This document shows positions 42,847-51,634 of a stretch of 64,000 nucleotides of DNA, one piece after another. The translations under genes were made by a program, and so were the position numbers. Within the stretch, counting starts at the first letter, position 1. Every line of letters begins with the position of its first letter. The DNA comes from Actinomycetota bacterium. Lineage in GTDB: Bacteria > Actinomycetota > Actinomycetes > Actinomycetales > Microbacteriaceae. Where the stretch lies: assembly GCA_018268455.1 (NCBI GenBank), contig JAFDWM010000003.1:8211-72210 (forward strand), written 5' to 3'. The notes below the pieces were generated by a model. That model did no database searches and was not told where the DNA came from. It saw only the letters and a program-made list of their open reading frames with translations.

Positions 42847-44588
42847 GGCCGACGCAGGGTGTGCATTTCGGCGGTCGCTACGAGCTGCAGTCGCGGATCG
42901 CTATCGGCGGCATGGGCGAGGTGTGGGAGGCGACCGACCACGTCATCGGGCGAACCGTGGCGATCAAGATCCTCAAGGACGAGTACATGGGGGATCCGGG
43001 CTTCCTCGAGCGCTTCCGCGCCGAGGCCCGGCACGCCGCGCTCGTGAACCATGAGGGGATCGCGAGCGTCTTCGACTACGGCGAGGAGAACGGATCCGCC
43101 TACCTCGTCATGGAGCTCGTGCCCGGCGAGGCGCTGTCCACCATCATCGAGCGCGAGGGATCCCTCAGCGCCGACAAGACCCTCGACATCGTCGCGCAGA
43201 CCGCGTCGGCGCTGCAGGCCGCGCACGCCGCGGGCCTGGTGCACCGCGACATCAAGCCCGGCAACCTGCTGATCACGCCGGACGGCCGGGTGAAGATCAC
43301 CGACTTCGGCATCGCCCGCATCGCCGATCAGGTGCCGCTCACCGCCACCGGACAGGTGATGGGCACCGTGCAGTACCTGTCACCGGAGCAGGCGTCGGGT
43401 CACGCCGCCTCGCCCGCCACCGACATCTACTCGCTGGGCATCGTGGCGTACGAGTGCCTGGCCGGGAAGCGTCCGTTCACGGGCGAGTCGCAGGTCGCGA
43501 TCGCGATGGCGCAGATCAACGACGCCCCGCCGCCGCTGCCCGCGACCGTGCCGCAGCCGGTGCAGAACCTCGTGATGGCGATGATCGCGAAGAAGCCGGC
43601 CGACCGCCCCTCGTCGGCCGCGACCGTGGCCCGCGCCGCTCAGGCGCTGCGCCGCGGCGACCTGAACTCGGCCGCGATCGCCGTGCCGGCGATCGTCGCG
43701 GGAGTCGTCGGCTCGGTCGCGACGGCCGGCGGCGACGACGCGATGACGCAGCTGCTCGGCGCCACCCAGGGCGCCACCACGATCATGCCGACCACGGCGC
43801 AGCTGCCGACGGAGGCCGCGCAGGGTGACGAGGGCCCGAAGAAGAAGAAACGCAGCCCGTGGACGGTGCCGCTGATCGCGCTCATCGCGCTGCTCGTACT
43901 GGTGCTCGGCGCCACGGTGTGGGCGCTGCTGGCGAACCAGGGCAACGCGGGTCCGGTGCAGACCTCGACCCCGCCGCAGACCACGCAGCCTCCGCAGACC
44001 AAGACCCCCACCCCGACGAAGACCCCCGGGGTGGCCATCGGGTCGCTGGGCCTGATCGGCAAGACCTGCGACGACGCCGTCGCCGTGCTCAAGCAGAACC
44101 ACCTGGACGGCACCTGCTCGACCGGCGACCACGCGCCCGACGCCCAGCACGTCGGCCTGGTGCAGCGCACCGACCCCAGCGGCGGCAACGTGCCGACCGG
44201 CACGGTCGTGAAGCTCACCGTGTACGGCGACATGGTCTCGGTCGGCGCGCCCGACTCTCCGCCGACGCTCGGCGGGCCCGCCGTGGCCGGCAAGACCGTG
44301 CAGTTGAGCTGGGCCGGGTACGTGTGCCCGAGTGGCACCGGAAACGTCGTCGGCTACAACGTCACACTCACCAACGCGACGTTCCCGGGGGCGGGATCCC
44401 AGCAGGGCTTCAACGCCAGCACGCTGAGCGCCGAGATCTCGGTCGCCAACCAGCCCGGATCCCAGGTCACCGCGACCTACACGGCGCTGTGCGGCGACGA
44501 GAAGCGTGAGACCGGGGCATCCCCGCAGATGGCGCAGACGATCGAACCGTCCTCGACGCCGGCACCGACACCGACGCCGACGCCCTGA
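42843..44588 (+). CDS. Ser/Thr protein kinase (pknA position) with TM and an extracellular PASTA-like plus Ig/Fn3-like region
   Basis: The start overlaps the pbpA stop (ATGA). Kinase motifs are [31 protein letters not shown] and SPEQ. After the TM ([25 protein letters not shown]) comes an extracellular segment of about 215 aa. Confidence 0.85.
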   Translation: MRPTQGVHFGGRYELQSRIAIGGMGEVWEATDHVIGRTVAIKILKDEYMGDPGFLERFRAEARHAALVNHEGIASVFDYGEENGSAYLVMELVPGEALSTIIEREGSLSADKTLDIVAQTASALQAAHAAGLVHRDIKPGNLLITPDGRVKITDFGIARIADQVPLTATGQVMGTVQYLSPEQASGHAASPATDIYSLGIVAYECLAGKRPFTGESQVAIAMAQINDAPPPLPATVPQPVQNLVMAMIAKKPADRPSSAATVARAAQALRRGDLNSAAIAVPAIVAGVVGSVATAGGDDAMTQLLGATQGATTIMPTTAQLPTEAAQGDEGPKKKKRSPWTVPLIALIALLVLVLGATVWALLANQGNAGPVQTSTPPQTTQPPQTKTPTPTKTPGVAIGSLGLIGKTCDDAVAVLKQNHLDGTCSTGDHAPDAQHVGLVQRTDPSGGNVPTGTVVKLTVYGDMVSVGAPDSPPTLGGPAVAGKTVQLSWAGYVCPSGTGNVVGYNVTLTNATFPGAGSQQGFNASTLSAEISVANQPGSQVTATYTALCGDEKRETGASPQMAQTIEPSSTPAPTPTPTP

Positions 44589-44620
44589 CGGGAATTGCGA
44601 TCCGGGGGGACCGCAGGAGC

Positions 44621-46372
44621 ATGACAGACAGAGACAGAGGGGGGCCATCCGTGTCGACGAGCACGCGCGTCATGGCGGGCCGCTACCGGGTCGATGACCT
44701 GATCGGCCGTGGCGGCATGGCGCAGGTGCACCGTGGGTACGACCTGACCCTCGGCCGCGACGTCGCGATCAAGATCCTCGACCGCGAGCTGGCCCGCGAC
44801 GCCGCCTTCCGCACCCGGTTCCGGATGGAGGCGCAGGCCGCGTCGCGGATGTCGCACCCCACGATCGTGCGGGTCTACGACGCCGGCGAGGATCCGTCGG
44901 CCGAGGCCGGCGGGACGACGGCCGAGCCTGTGCCGTTCATCGTCATGGAGCTCGTGCGCGGCGAGCTGCTCAAGGACGTCATCGCCCGCGGGCCGGTGCC
45001 GACCGCCGACGCCGTGCGGTATGCGGACGGGATCCTCGAGGCGCTCGAGTACTCGCACCGTGCCGGAGTCGTGCACCGCGACATCAAGCCGGGCAACGTC
45101 ATGATCACTCCCTCCGGCGCGGTGAAGGTGATGGACTTCGGCATCGCCCGCGCCGTCTCCGACTCGTCGTCGACGGTCGCCGAGACGACCCAGATCATCG
45201 GCACCGCGGCGTACTTCTCGCCCGAGCAGGCCAAGGGCGAGCAGGTCGACGCACGCACCGACCTGTACTCCACGGGTGTCGTGCTGTACGAGATGCTCAC
45301 CGGCCGGCAGCCGTTCCGCGGCGAGTCGCCCGTCGCCGTCGCCTATCAGCATGTGAGCGAGACGCCGCTGCCGCCCAGCGAGGCGCACGACGACGATCAC
45401 CCCGCGCCCGAGCTCGACCGGATCCGCGCCCTCGAGCCGGTCGTGTTGCGCGCGATGGCCAAGGATCCGTTCCAGCGCTTCCCCGATGCGCGCTCGTTCC
45501 GCACCGCGCTGGCCGGCTCGGCGACCGGATCCGTGCCGACCAAGAGGCAGCTGCACTCTCTCACCAGCGAGCTGTACGGCCCCAACCCGCGGCATGCGCA
45601 GGAGACCGCGCGCACGCTGCGTCAGCTCTCCAGCGACACCACGATGACCCGCACGCAGTCCGGGCCGCCGGTGGCGTGGATCTGGGCCGGCGTCGCGCTG
45701 CTCATCGTGCTGCTCGCCTCGGTGCTCATCTGGGTCGTGACCATGAAGCCGGCCAGCGGCGTCCCCGACGCAGGCCGCACTGTGCCGAACGCGGTCGGCC
45801 AGACCTACGAGACGGCGGTCTCTCTGCTGAGCCGCGAGGACCTGCGGGCGATCCGGATCGACCAGGCCGACGCCACCGTCGACAAGGGCAAGGTCATCAG
45901 CACGGATCCCGCGGCGGGCAGCCAGCTCGACAAGGGTCAGTCGGTGACCGTCTACGTCTCCTCCGGCGCGTCGGAGGTGACCGTACCGGCGCTCGTGGGG
46001 CTCAGCGCGACCGCCGCGAAGGATGCGATCGGAAAGGCCGGCCTGCAGCTCGGTACGGTGACCCAGCGGAACGATCCGCAGACCCAGCACGACATCGTGC
46101 TGTCCTCCAGCGTGGCGGCCGAGACGAAGGTCGCTCCAGGCACGGTGGTCGATCTCGTCGTCGCCAGCGGCGTCGTGACGCTCAACGACCTCACCGGCTG
46201 GACGGTCGATGCGGCGACTCAGGCGCTGCAGCAGGCCGGTCTCACCGCCAACCCGGTGCAGAATCCGAACTGCAAGGCCACGGATCCGAAGACCGTCGCC
46301 TCGATGTCGGCGGCACCCGGTGATGTTCCCGTGCAGTCGACCATCGACCTGACGGTCTGCACCGGGAAGTAG
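44621..46372 (+). CDS. pknB: Ser/Thr protein kinase PknB with three PASTA repeats
   Basis: Kinase motifs are [34 protein letters not shown] and SPEQ, followed by a TM and three PASTA-like units of about 65 aa. The start may be 44621, GTG 44651 or ATG 44672. Confidence 0.9.
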   Translation: MTDRDRGGPSVSTSTRVMAGRYRVDDLIGRGGMAQVHRGYDLTLGRDVAIKILDRELARDAAFRTRFRMEAQAASRMSHPTIVRVYDAGEDPSAEAGGTTAEPVPFIVMELVRGELLKDVIARGPVPTADAVRYADGILEALEYSHRAGVVHRDIKPGNVMITPSGAVKVMDFGIARAVSDSSSTVAETTQIIGTAAYFSPEQAKGEQVDARTDLYSTGVVLYEMLTGRQPFRGESPVAVAYQHVSETPLPPSEAHDDDHPAPELDRIRALEPVVLRAMAKDPFQRFPDARSFRTALAGSATGSVPTKRQLHSLTSELYGPNPRHAQETARTLRQLSSDTTMTRTQSGPPVAWIWAGVALLIVLLASVLIWVVTMKPASGVPDAGRTVPNAVGQTYETAVSLLSREDLRAIRIDQADATVDKGKVISTDPAAGSQLDKGQSVTVYVSSGASEVTVPALVGLSATAAKDAIGKAGLQLGTVTQRNDPQTQHDIVLSSSVAAETKVAPGTVVDLVVASGVVTLNDLTGWTVDAATQALQQAGLTANPVQNPNCKATDPKTVASMSAAPGDVPVQSTIDLTVCTGK

Positions 46373-46378
46373 TGCTGC

Positions 46379-46552
46379 TCAGCCCCCGGTCGGCGACGGC
46401 TCGATGCTGACGTCGCCGGGGGAGATGAGCGGGCTCACCCACGGGAACACCCAGAACAGCAGCGCGTACAGCACCGCCGCCAGCAGAGCCATCAGGATCA
46501 GCACCCGCAGCCACCACGGGCCGGGCAGGATCCGCCAGAGCGCCGCATACAT
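46379..46552 (-). CDS. small hypothetical membrane protein (57 aa), below the ORF-track size cut-off
   Basis: Hand translation gives MYAALWRILPGPWWLRVLILMALLAAVLYALLFWVFPWVSPLISPGDVSIEPSPTGG. The ATG abuts the sortase stop codon, and there is one clear TM helix. Confidence 0.45.
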   Translation of the reverse strand: MYAALWRILPGPWWLRVLILMALLAAVLYALLFWVFPWVSPLISPGDVSIEPSPTGG

Positions 46553-47338
46553 TCAGCTCACCGCCGTCAGGGACGCCGGTTCGCCCAGTGCACGGGGCTG
46601 GAAGCCCTCGAAGACGCCGTAGGCGATGATCCGCTCGGCGAGTGAGTACAGCGGCGAGCATGCCGTGAGAGTGATGTATGGCCGCCCGGCCGGTGCCTCC
46701 GGCATCTGCGGCACCGGATCCAGCACGTCCACGCTGTCCGGCGTCACGTACTCCAGCGTGCGGAACCGGTAGGTGTACCAGCCTTGCGCGGTCTCGATCA
46801 CGATGGCGTCTCCGATATGCAGCCGGTCGAGCTGGTTGAACGGCTTTCCCCAGGTGGTGCGGTGCGCGGCCATCGAGAAGTTGCCCGCCTGCCCGGGCAT
46901 GCCCGCGTACGGATAGACGCCGATCCAGCCGTGATCCAGCGTGTCCGCGCGCGTGACGCCTCCGGCGATCTGCACGTTGTAGTCGGATCCCCACCGCGGC
47001 ACCCGCAGCTGCGCGCCCCACGGCACGCCGTTCTCGGGCGGGGCCATCACGGGCGGCGTGTACTGTACGGGGCGACCGTCGACACCGGATCCGTCCTCGA
47101 TCGGCGGCCGGGCGGGCGCCGGCTCCTTCGCCCACGCCTGGGAGATCTGCTGGCCCTTCTCGTTCGAGGCCGCACTCATGATGAGGTCTCCGATCCACAT
47201 CTGCCACGCGACGAACAGCAGCACGATCGCACCGGCGGTGAGCAGCAGCTCTCCGAGCACACTCGTGACGGTCACCGGGCGACGAGCGCCGGATCGGCGC
47301 GGGATTCCGCGCCCCGTGGCGTCCCGGGCGTCGATCAT
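46553..47338 (-). CDS. class E sortase
   Basis: N-terminal TM, a catalytic TLTAC (TLxTC) motif and a conserved His region. The position next to crgA/pknB is typical for actinobacterial SrtE. Confidence 0.85.
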   Translation of the reverse strand: MIDARDATGRGIPRRSGARRPVTVTSVLGELLLTAGAIVLLFVAWQMWIGDLIMSAASNEKGQQISQAWAKEPAPARPPIEDGSGVDGRPVQYTPPVMAPPENGVPWGAQLRVPRWGSDYNVQIAGGVTRADTLDHGWIGVYPYAGMPGQAGNFSMAAHRTTWGKPFNQLDRLHIGDAIVIETAQGWYTYRFRTLEYVTPDSVDVLDPVPQMPEAPAGRPYITLTACSPLYSLAERIIAYGVFEGFQPRALGEPASLTAVS

Positions 47339-47427
47339 GCCGCGATCCTACCGAGCCCGGGTCTGCGCACGTCGTCGGCGACGTCGGCGCCCCGTGAAGC
47401 GCCGGGGCTCATGGGTAGACTGGGCGC

Positions 47428-47667
47428 ATGGCACGATCCCGCAAGTCCGAAGACGTCGAAGCCCCGAAGGCGGAGGGCGACGCCGCCCCCAACGCCGTGT
47501 GGTTCAAGCCGGTCATGATCGGCTTCATGCTGCTGGGACTGGCGTGGATCCTGGTGTTCTACATCACCGGCATGCAGTACCCGATCCCGGGTCTGCAGTC
47601 GTGGAACCTGCTGATCGGTCTGGGCATCGCCCTGATCGGCTTCCTGATGACCACCCGCTGGCGCTGA
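47428..47667 (+). CDS. crgA: cell division protein CrgA
   Basis: 79 aa with two TM helices (WFKPVMIGFMLLGLAWILVFYIT...WNLLIGLGIALIGFLMTTRWR). Confidence 0.9.
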   Translation: MARSRKSEDVEAPKAEGDAAPNAVWFKPVMIGFMLLGLAWILVFYITGMQYPIPGLQSWNLLIGLGIALIGFLMTTRWR

Positions 47668-47686
47668 CCCGCCCCGACCGCTCTCC

Positions 47687-47718
47687 GAGAACGCCCCCGC
47701 CTGCGCGGGGGCGTTCTC
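47687..47718 (+). terminator. intrinsic terminator downstream of crgA
   Basis: GAGAACGCCCCCGC-CTGC-GCGGGGGCGTTCTC (14-bp stem), followed by GCGTTTCGG. Confidence 0.6.
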
Positions 47719-47767
47719 GCGTTTCGGATCCATTCCGGACCCATTCCGGATCCGGAATCTCGCAGGC

Positions 47768-47852
47768 TTATCCCCCGTTCCGCCGAGTTATCCACACTCT
47801 GGGGAGGACTTTGCACACCGCCTCCCCGAAGTTATCCACAGATCTATCCCCA
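47768..47852 (+). promoter_or_regulatory. cluster of DnaA-box-like 9-mers, all in the same orientation
   Basis: TTATCCACA lies at 47788-47796 and 47832-47840 (the exact E. coli consensus). TTATCCCCC lies at 47768-47776 and CTATCCCCA at 47844-47852. Confidence 0.5.
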
Positions 47853-47948
47853 CCTGGGGAGAATTACACGGGTGTGATTCACGCCGGCCCGGATACGCCG
47901 CAGGCCCCCGCCGAAGTGAGGGCCTGCGGATGAGGACTGCGGGCGAGG

Positions 47949-48839
47949 TCAGTGCCCGGCGGTGATGAGCAGCGGCGGCACGATCGCCACCACCGCCAGC
48001 AGCACGACCGTGAGGGCCGACACGAGGCCGATCCACCAGAACCGGGAGCTTGTGCGGCCGCCCGTGCGCGCATAGATGAGGCCGATCAGCCCGCCGACGA
48101 CCGCGCCGCCGACGTGCGCCTCCCAGGCGATCCCCGGCACGATGAACCCGTATGCGAAGTTGATCGCGAGCACGACCAAGGCGCCGACGATGTTGCCACC
48201 GAGGTGACGGGCGATCACGATGAGCGCGACGAACACGCCGAAGATCGCCCCCGACGCCCCCACCGTGGGCTGCGCCGGCGCGATCAGCGCCATGGCGACG
48301 GATCCGCCGAGGCCGCTCACGAGATACAGCGTGAGGAACTTCGCGCGGCCCAGCAGCGGCTCGAGCTGCTGTCCGACCATCCACAGGGCGAGCATGTTGA
48401 GGCCGAGGTGGATGAGGCCGCCGTGCACGAGCAGCGCGGTGAGCATGCGCCACGGCTCGAACGGCAGTCCGGACAGCGACGGATACAGATACGCGCCGGC
48501 GAACTGCAGCGCACCCGTGAGCGGTCCGCCGATCCCCGGCACCAGCTGCAGCAGGCTGACCGCCGCCGTGATCGCCATGATCACATACGTGACTACGGGG
48601 CGACCGCCGACGGCGGTCAGGGAGCGCGCGCCCCAGCGCCGGTTCGCGCGGCGCTGGGCCGGCGTCTGGTCGCGGCGCTGCTGCTGCATGCACTCCGGGC
48701 AGATCACGCCGACCGGCGCTTGCGTCTGACACTCCGGGCAGATGGTGCGCATGCACCGCTGGCACAGCACGAAGCTCTGCCGCCCGGGGTGGCGATAGCA
48801 GAAGTTGTCGGGATTCGCGTGGAACTCCGGTGTCGTCAT
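47949..48839 (-). CDS. rhomboid family intramembrane serine protease with an N-terminal zinc-ribbon
   Basis: CYRHPGRQSFVLCQRCMRTICPECQ (Cys4), then TM segments with HLGLNMLALW and GASGAIFG (GxSG). The start is taken at ATG 48839. Confidence 0.85.
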   Translation of the reverse strand: MTTPEFHANPDNFCYRHPGRQSFVLCQRCMRTICPECQTQAPVGVICPECMQQQRRDQTPAQRRANRRWGARSLTAVGGRPVVTYVIMAITAAVSLLQLVPGIGGPLTGALQFAGAYLYPSLSGLPFEPWRMLTALLVHGGLIHLGLNMLALWMVGQQLEPLLGRAKFLTLYLVSGLGGSVAMALIAPAQPTVGASGAIFGVFVALIVIARHLGGNIVGALVVLAINFAYGFIVPGIAWEAHVGGAVVGGLIGLIYARTGGRTSSRFWWIGLVSALTVVLLAVVAIVPPLLITAGH

Positions 48840-48873
48840 GCGTCTGCTCCGGAGTCCTCGCGCGGATCCGGGG

Positions 48874-49431
48874 TCAGTTGGCGACGATGTCGACGGACTG
48901 CAGCACCACGTCCTCGACGGGACGGTCTCCCGCACCGGTGCGCACGGCCGCGATCTCGTCGACGACGGCCTTGGAGGCCTCGTCGGCGACCTCGCCGAAG
49001 ATCGTGTGCTTTCCCTGCAGCCAGGGGGTCGGGTCGGTGGTGATGAAGAACTGCGAGCCGTTGGTGCCCTCGGCCTGACCGGTGATGGCGTTGCGGCGCA
49101 GGCCGGCGTTCGCCATCGCGAGCACGTACGGCTCGTTGAAGTTCAGCTCGCCGTGGATCTCGTCGTTGAAGGTGTAGCCGGGGCCGCCGACGCCCTGGCC
49201 GAGCGGGTCACCGCCCTGGATCATGAAGTTGGGGATGATGCGGTGGAAGATGACGTCCTTGTACAGGGCGCCCTCGCCGGGCTTGCCGGTCGCAGGGTGC
49301 GTCCAGGATCCGGTGCCGTCGGAGAGTTCGACGAAGTTCTTCACCGTGCGGGGAGCGTGGTCACCGTAGAGGTTGATGACGATGTCTCCGTGGTTGGTGT
49401 GCAGCGTGGCGACGTGAGTGGCGTGAGGCAT
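48874..49431 (-). CDS. ppiA: peptidyl-prolyl cis-trans isomerase (cyclophilin type)
   Basis: HTNHGDIVINLYGDHAPRTVKNFVEL, FHRIIPNFMIQGGDP, GSQFFIT and HTIFGEV. The start is taken at ATG 49431. Confidence 0.92.
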   Translation of the reverse strand: MPHATHVATLHTNHGDIVINLYGDHAPRTVKNFVELSDGTGSWTHPATGKPGEGALYKDVIFHRIIPNFMIQGGDPLGQGVGGPGYTFNDEIHGELNFNEPYVLAMANAGLRRNAITGQAEGTNGSQFFITTDPTPWLQGKHTIFGEVADEASKAVVDEIAAVRTGAGDRPVEDVVLQSVDIVAN

Positions 49432-49541
49432 GCGTCTATTCTCGCATCGGATCCCAGGAAGTTCTCCGACGCACACCCGTCACACAGGACCTCGTCTGGC
49501 AAGATGGGAGATCCGAACCCCGTTTCGATTGGGAGGGCATC

Positions 49542-50051
49542 GTGGGCCTGAGCCGCAAGCGTCAGAAGGAACTCCGTCAGCTCCAGGGCGAAGCCGCAAA
49601 GCTGTGGGCCGCCCAGCAGGTCGTGGCAGGGGAAGCCGTGGGCGTCGCCCGCGAAGCCGGCCGCCAACTGGACAACTTCCGGCGAGAGCAGGTCGTCCCC
49701 GCCGTGCAGGACGTCTACGAGCACCGCGTGGTGCCGGCCGTCGACCGGGGCGTCAAGTTCTCCCGCGACGTCGTCGACAACCGGGTCATCCCCGCCGTCG
49801 GCGGCGTGATCGGATCCGCGCTCACCGCGTGGGACATCGCCAACTCCAAGCGCGCCGGCGGCTCGACCGCCCCCCGCGCGGTGGTCACCGTCGCGCCCGA
49901 GCCCCGCAAGGGCCTCGGCATCGGCGCGATCATCGCCCTCGTGCTCGGCGCCGCCGCCGCCGTGGGTGTGCTCGTCGCCGCCTGGCAGGCCCTGCGTGCG
50001 GATGACGAGCTCTGGGTCGCGGACGACCCGCTGAGCGCCCCCGAGGCGTGA
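49542..50051 (+). CDS. hypothetical membrane-anchored protein with three V(V/I)PAV repeats
   Basis: GTG start preceded by GGGAGGG. Charged helical N-terminus, three short repeats and one C-terminal TM (GIGAIIALVLGAAAAVGVLVAAW). Confidence 0.6.
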   Translation: MGLSRKRQKELRQLQGEAAKLWAAQQVVAGEAVGVAREAGRQLDNFRREQVVPAVQDVYEHRVVPAVDRGVKFSRDVVDNRVIPAVGGVIGSALTAWDIANSKRAGGSTAPRAVVTVAPEPRKGLGIGAIIALVLGAAAAVGVLVAAWQALRADDELWVADDPLSAPEA

Positions 50052-50548
50052 GCACCGAGACCCCCTCGATGTCCGGCGGATCCGTCGGACATGAGCGCGT
50101 GCGCGACGCCGCCGCGGCACGAGGCCTCGACATCGAGATCCTCCAGCGTCCGGCGGCGAACAGCCTGCGCGAGGCCGCGGCGCTGCTCGGCCTCGAACCC
50201 GGTGGCATCGTGAAGACCCTCGTGGTCAAGCGCAGCGACGACACCTTCCTGTTCGCGCTGATCCCCGGCGGGCGCAAGATCAGCTGGCCGAAGCTGCGCG
50301 CCGTCGTCGGCGTGAACCGGCTGAAGCTGCCGGAGGCGGACGTGGCGCTGGCGGCGACCGGGTACGAGCGCGGCACGATCGTTCCGATCGGCAGTACGAC
50401 CGACTGGCCGGTGTTCGCCGACGAGTCGATCCGCGGGCAGCGCATCGCGATGGGCGCGGGTGCGCACGGCTACAGCCTCTTCGTCGACGCCGACGCCCTG
50501 ATCGACGCATACGGCGCGACGGTCGCCGACATCTCCGACCCGGAGTGA
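50048..50548 (+). CDS. YbaK/EbsC-family aminoacyl-tRNA deacylase domain protein
   Basis: The start overlaps the upstream stop (GTGA). ...IVKTLVVKRSDDTFLFALIPGGRKISWPKL...GYERGTIVPIG...; 166 aa. Confidence 0.8.
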   Translation: MSTETPSMSGGSVGHERVRDAAAARGLDIEILQRPAANSLREAAALLGLEPGGIVKTLVVKRSDDTFLFALIPGGRKISWPKLRAVVGVNRLKLPEADVALAATGYERGTIVPIGSTTDWPVFADESIRGQRIAMGAGAHGYSLFVDADALIDAYGATVADISDPE

Positions 50549-50579
50549 CCGCGACCCGGCGTCGCGGTAGCATCCGGGC

Positions 50580-51065
50580 ATGTCGGATGCGCTGGATGAA
50601 TGGTCGGAGTTCCACGTCGCGATGCTGGGCGCCACGGCCGCACTCGCGGGACTCGTCATCGTCGCCGCGAGCGTCAACATCGACAAGATCGTGGCCGCCA
50701 GGGCGCTGACCGCACGCCTCGGCGCGGCGATCGCCTGCCTCGTCCTCGCGATCCTCACCTCGGGCATCGCCCTGATCCCGGACATCGGATCGCTCTGGTT
50801 CGGCGTGCTTGTGCTGATCTTCACCGCCGGCGCCACGGGGTTCCAGGTGCACGCGGCGCGCACGCTGCGGCAGGACCCGGGTCACGGCAGCATCGCCCTG
50901 CGAGCCGCCCTCGGGTTCCTTCCGCTGGCCGCGTACGCCGCGGCAGGCGTGCTGCTACTGGCCGGTCTGCCCGCAGGGCTCCTGCTCGCGGCTGCCGGTT
51001 CCCTGCTCGCCCTCGTCGTGGTGATCGTGATCTCGTGGATCGCCCTGGTCGAGGTGCTGCGCTGA
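50580..51065 (+). CDS. hypothetical integral membrane protein
   Basis: 161 aa with 4-5 hydrophobic helices and good coding-like composition. No family was recognised. Confidence 0.6.
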   Translation: MSDALDEWSEFHVAMLGATAALAGLVIVAASVNIDKIVAARALTARLGAAIACLVLAILTSGIALIPDIGSLWFGVLVLIFTAGATGFQVHAARTLRQDPGHGSIALRAALGFLPLAAYAAAGVLLLAGLPAGLLLAAAGSLLALVVVIVISWIALVEVLR

Positions 51066-51066
51066 C

Positions 51067-51495
51067 TCAGCCGGTGAGGCCCGCCATGCGCAGCGCGATG
51101 TCGACCAGCCGCACCCGCTGCAGACCCGGCACCTCTTCGAGCCGGTACCAGGCCGCCATGTCGGTGGACCCGTTCTTCTCGAATCGCAGCCGCCCGCCGA
51201 CGATTCGGGCGCGGTAGACGATCCGCAGGGTGTGCAGCGGATCCGTCGCGCCCTCGGTCACGCGGCGCTTCGCGGGGATCACCCGGGAGTGGATCCCGAG
51301 CAGCTCCTCGATCACCACCCGGTAGCCGGTCTCCTCCGCCACCTCGCGGCGCGCGGCGACCTCCGGATCCTCGCCGTCCTCCAGACCCCCGCCCGGCATC
51401 GTCCACGACACCCGGCGGCCCTCGGTCCAGCGCGCCAGCAGCACACGCCCCTCGTCGTCCTCGACGACGGCGTAGGCCGCGACACGCAGATCCAT
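51067..51495 (-). CDS. NUDIX hydrolase
   Basis: The Nudix box GGGLEDGEDPEVAARREVAEETG was read directly; 142 aa. Confidence 0.85.
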   Translation of the reverse strand: MDLRVAAYAVVEDDEGRVLLARWTEGRRVSWTMPGGGLEDGEDPEVAARREVAEETGYRVVIEELLGIHSRVIPAKRRVTEGATDPLHTLRIVYRARIVGGRLRFEKNGSTDMAAWYRLEEVPGLQRVRLVDIALRMAGLTG

Positions 51496-51634
51496 GACTT
51501 CACCCTAGCCAGCGCCGGCAGGCCCGCGGAGCGCAGGGCGGATCCGATCGATCAGTTCTGAAGAAGCGCGGGGTGCTGCGCGTTCCTAGGCTGATGATCG
51601 TCCCCGTCACCGGGACCCACGACAGGAGGATGAC

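Noticed and set aside
46404-46622. 72-aa plus-strand ORF between pknB and the sortase gene
   Set aside because: It overlaps the sortase 3' end and the better-supported minus-strand 57-codon membrane ORF. Its translation has no hydrophobic or domain-like character.
47720-47948. Chromosomal replication origin (oriC)
   Set aside because: There are only two perfect and two degenerate DnaA boxes, with no obvious AT-rich unwinding element, and no dnaA or dnaN gene is adjacent. It is more consistent with an auxiliary DnaA-box cluster, and it is reported as such.
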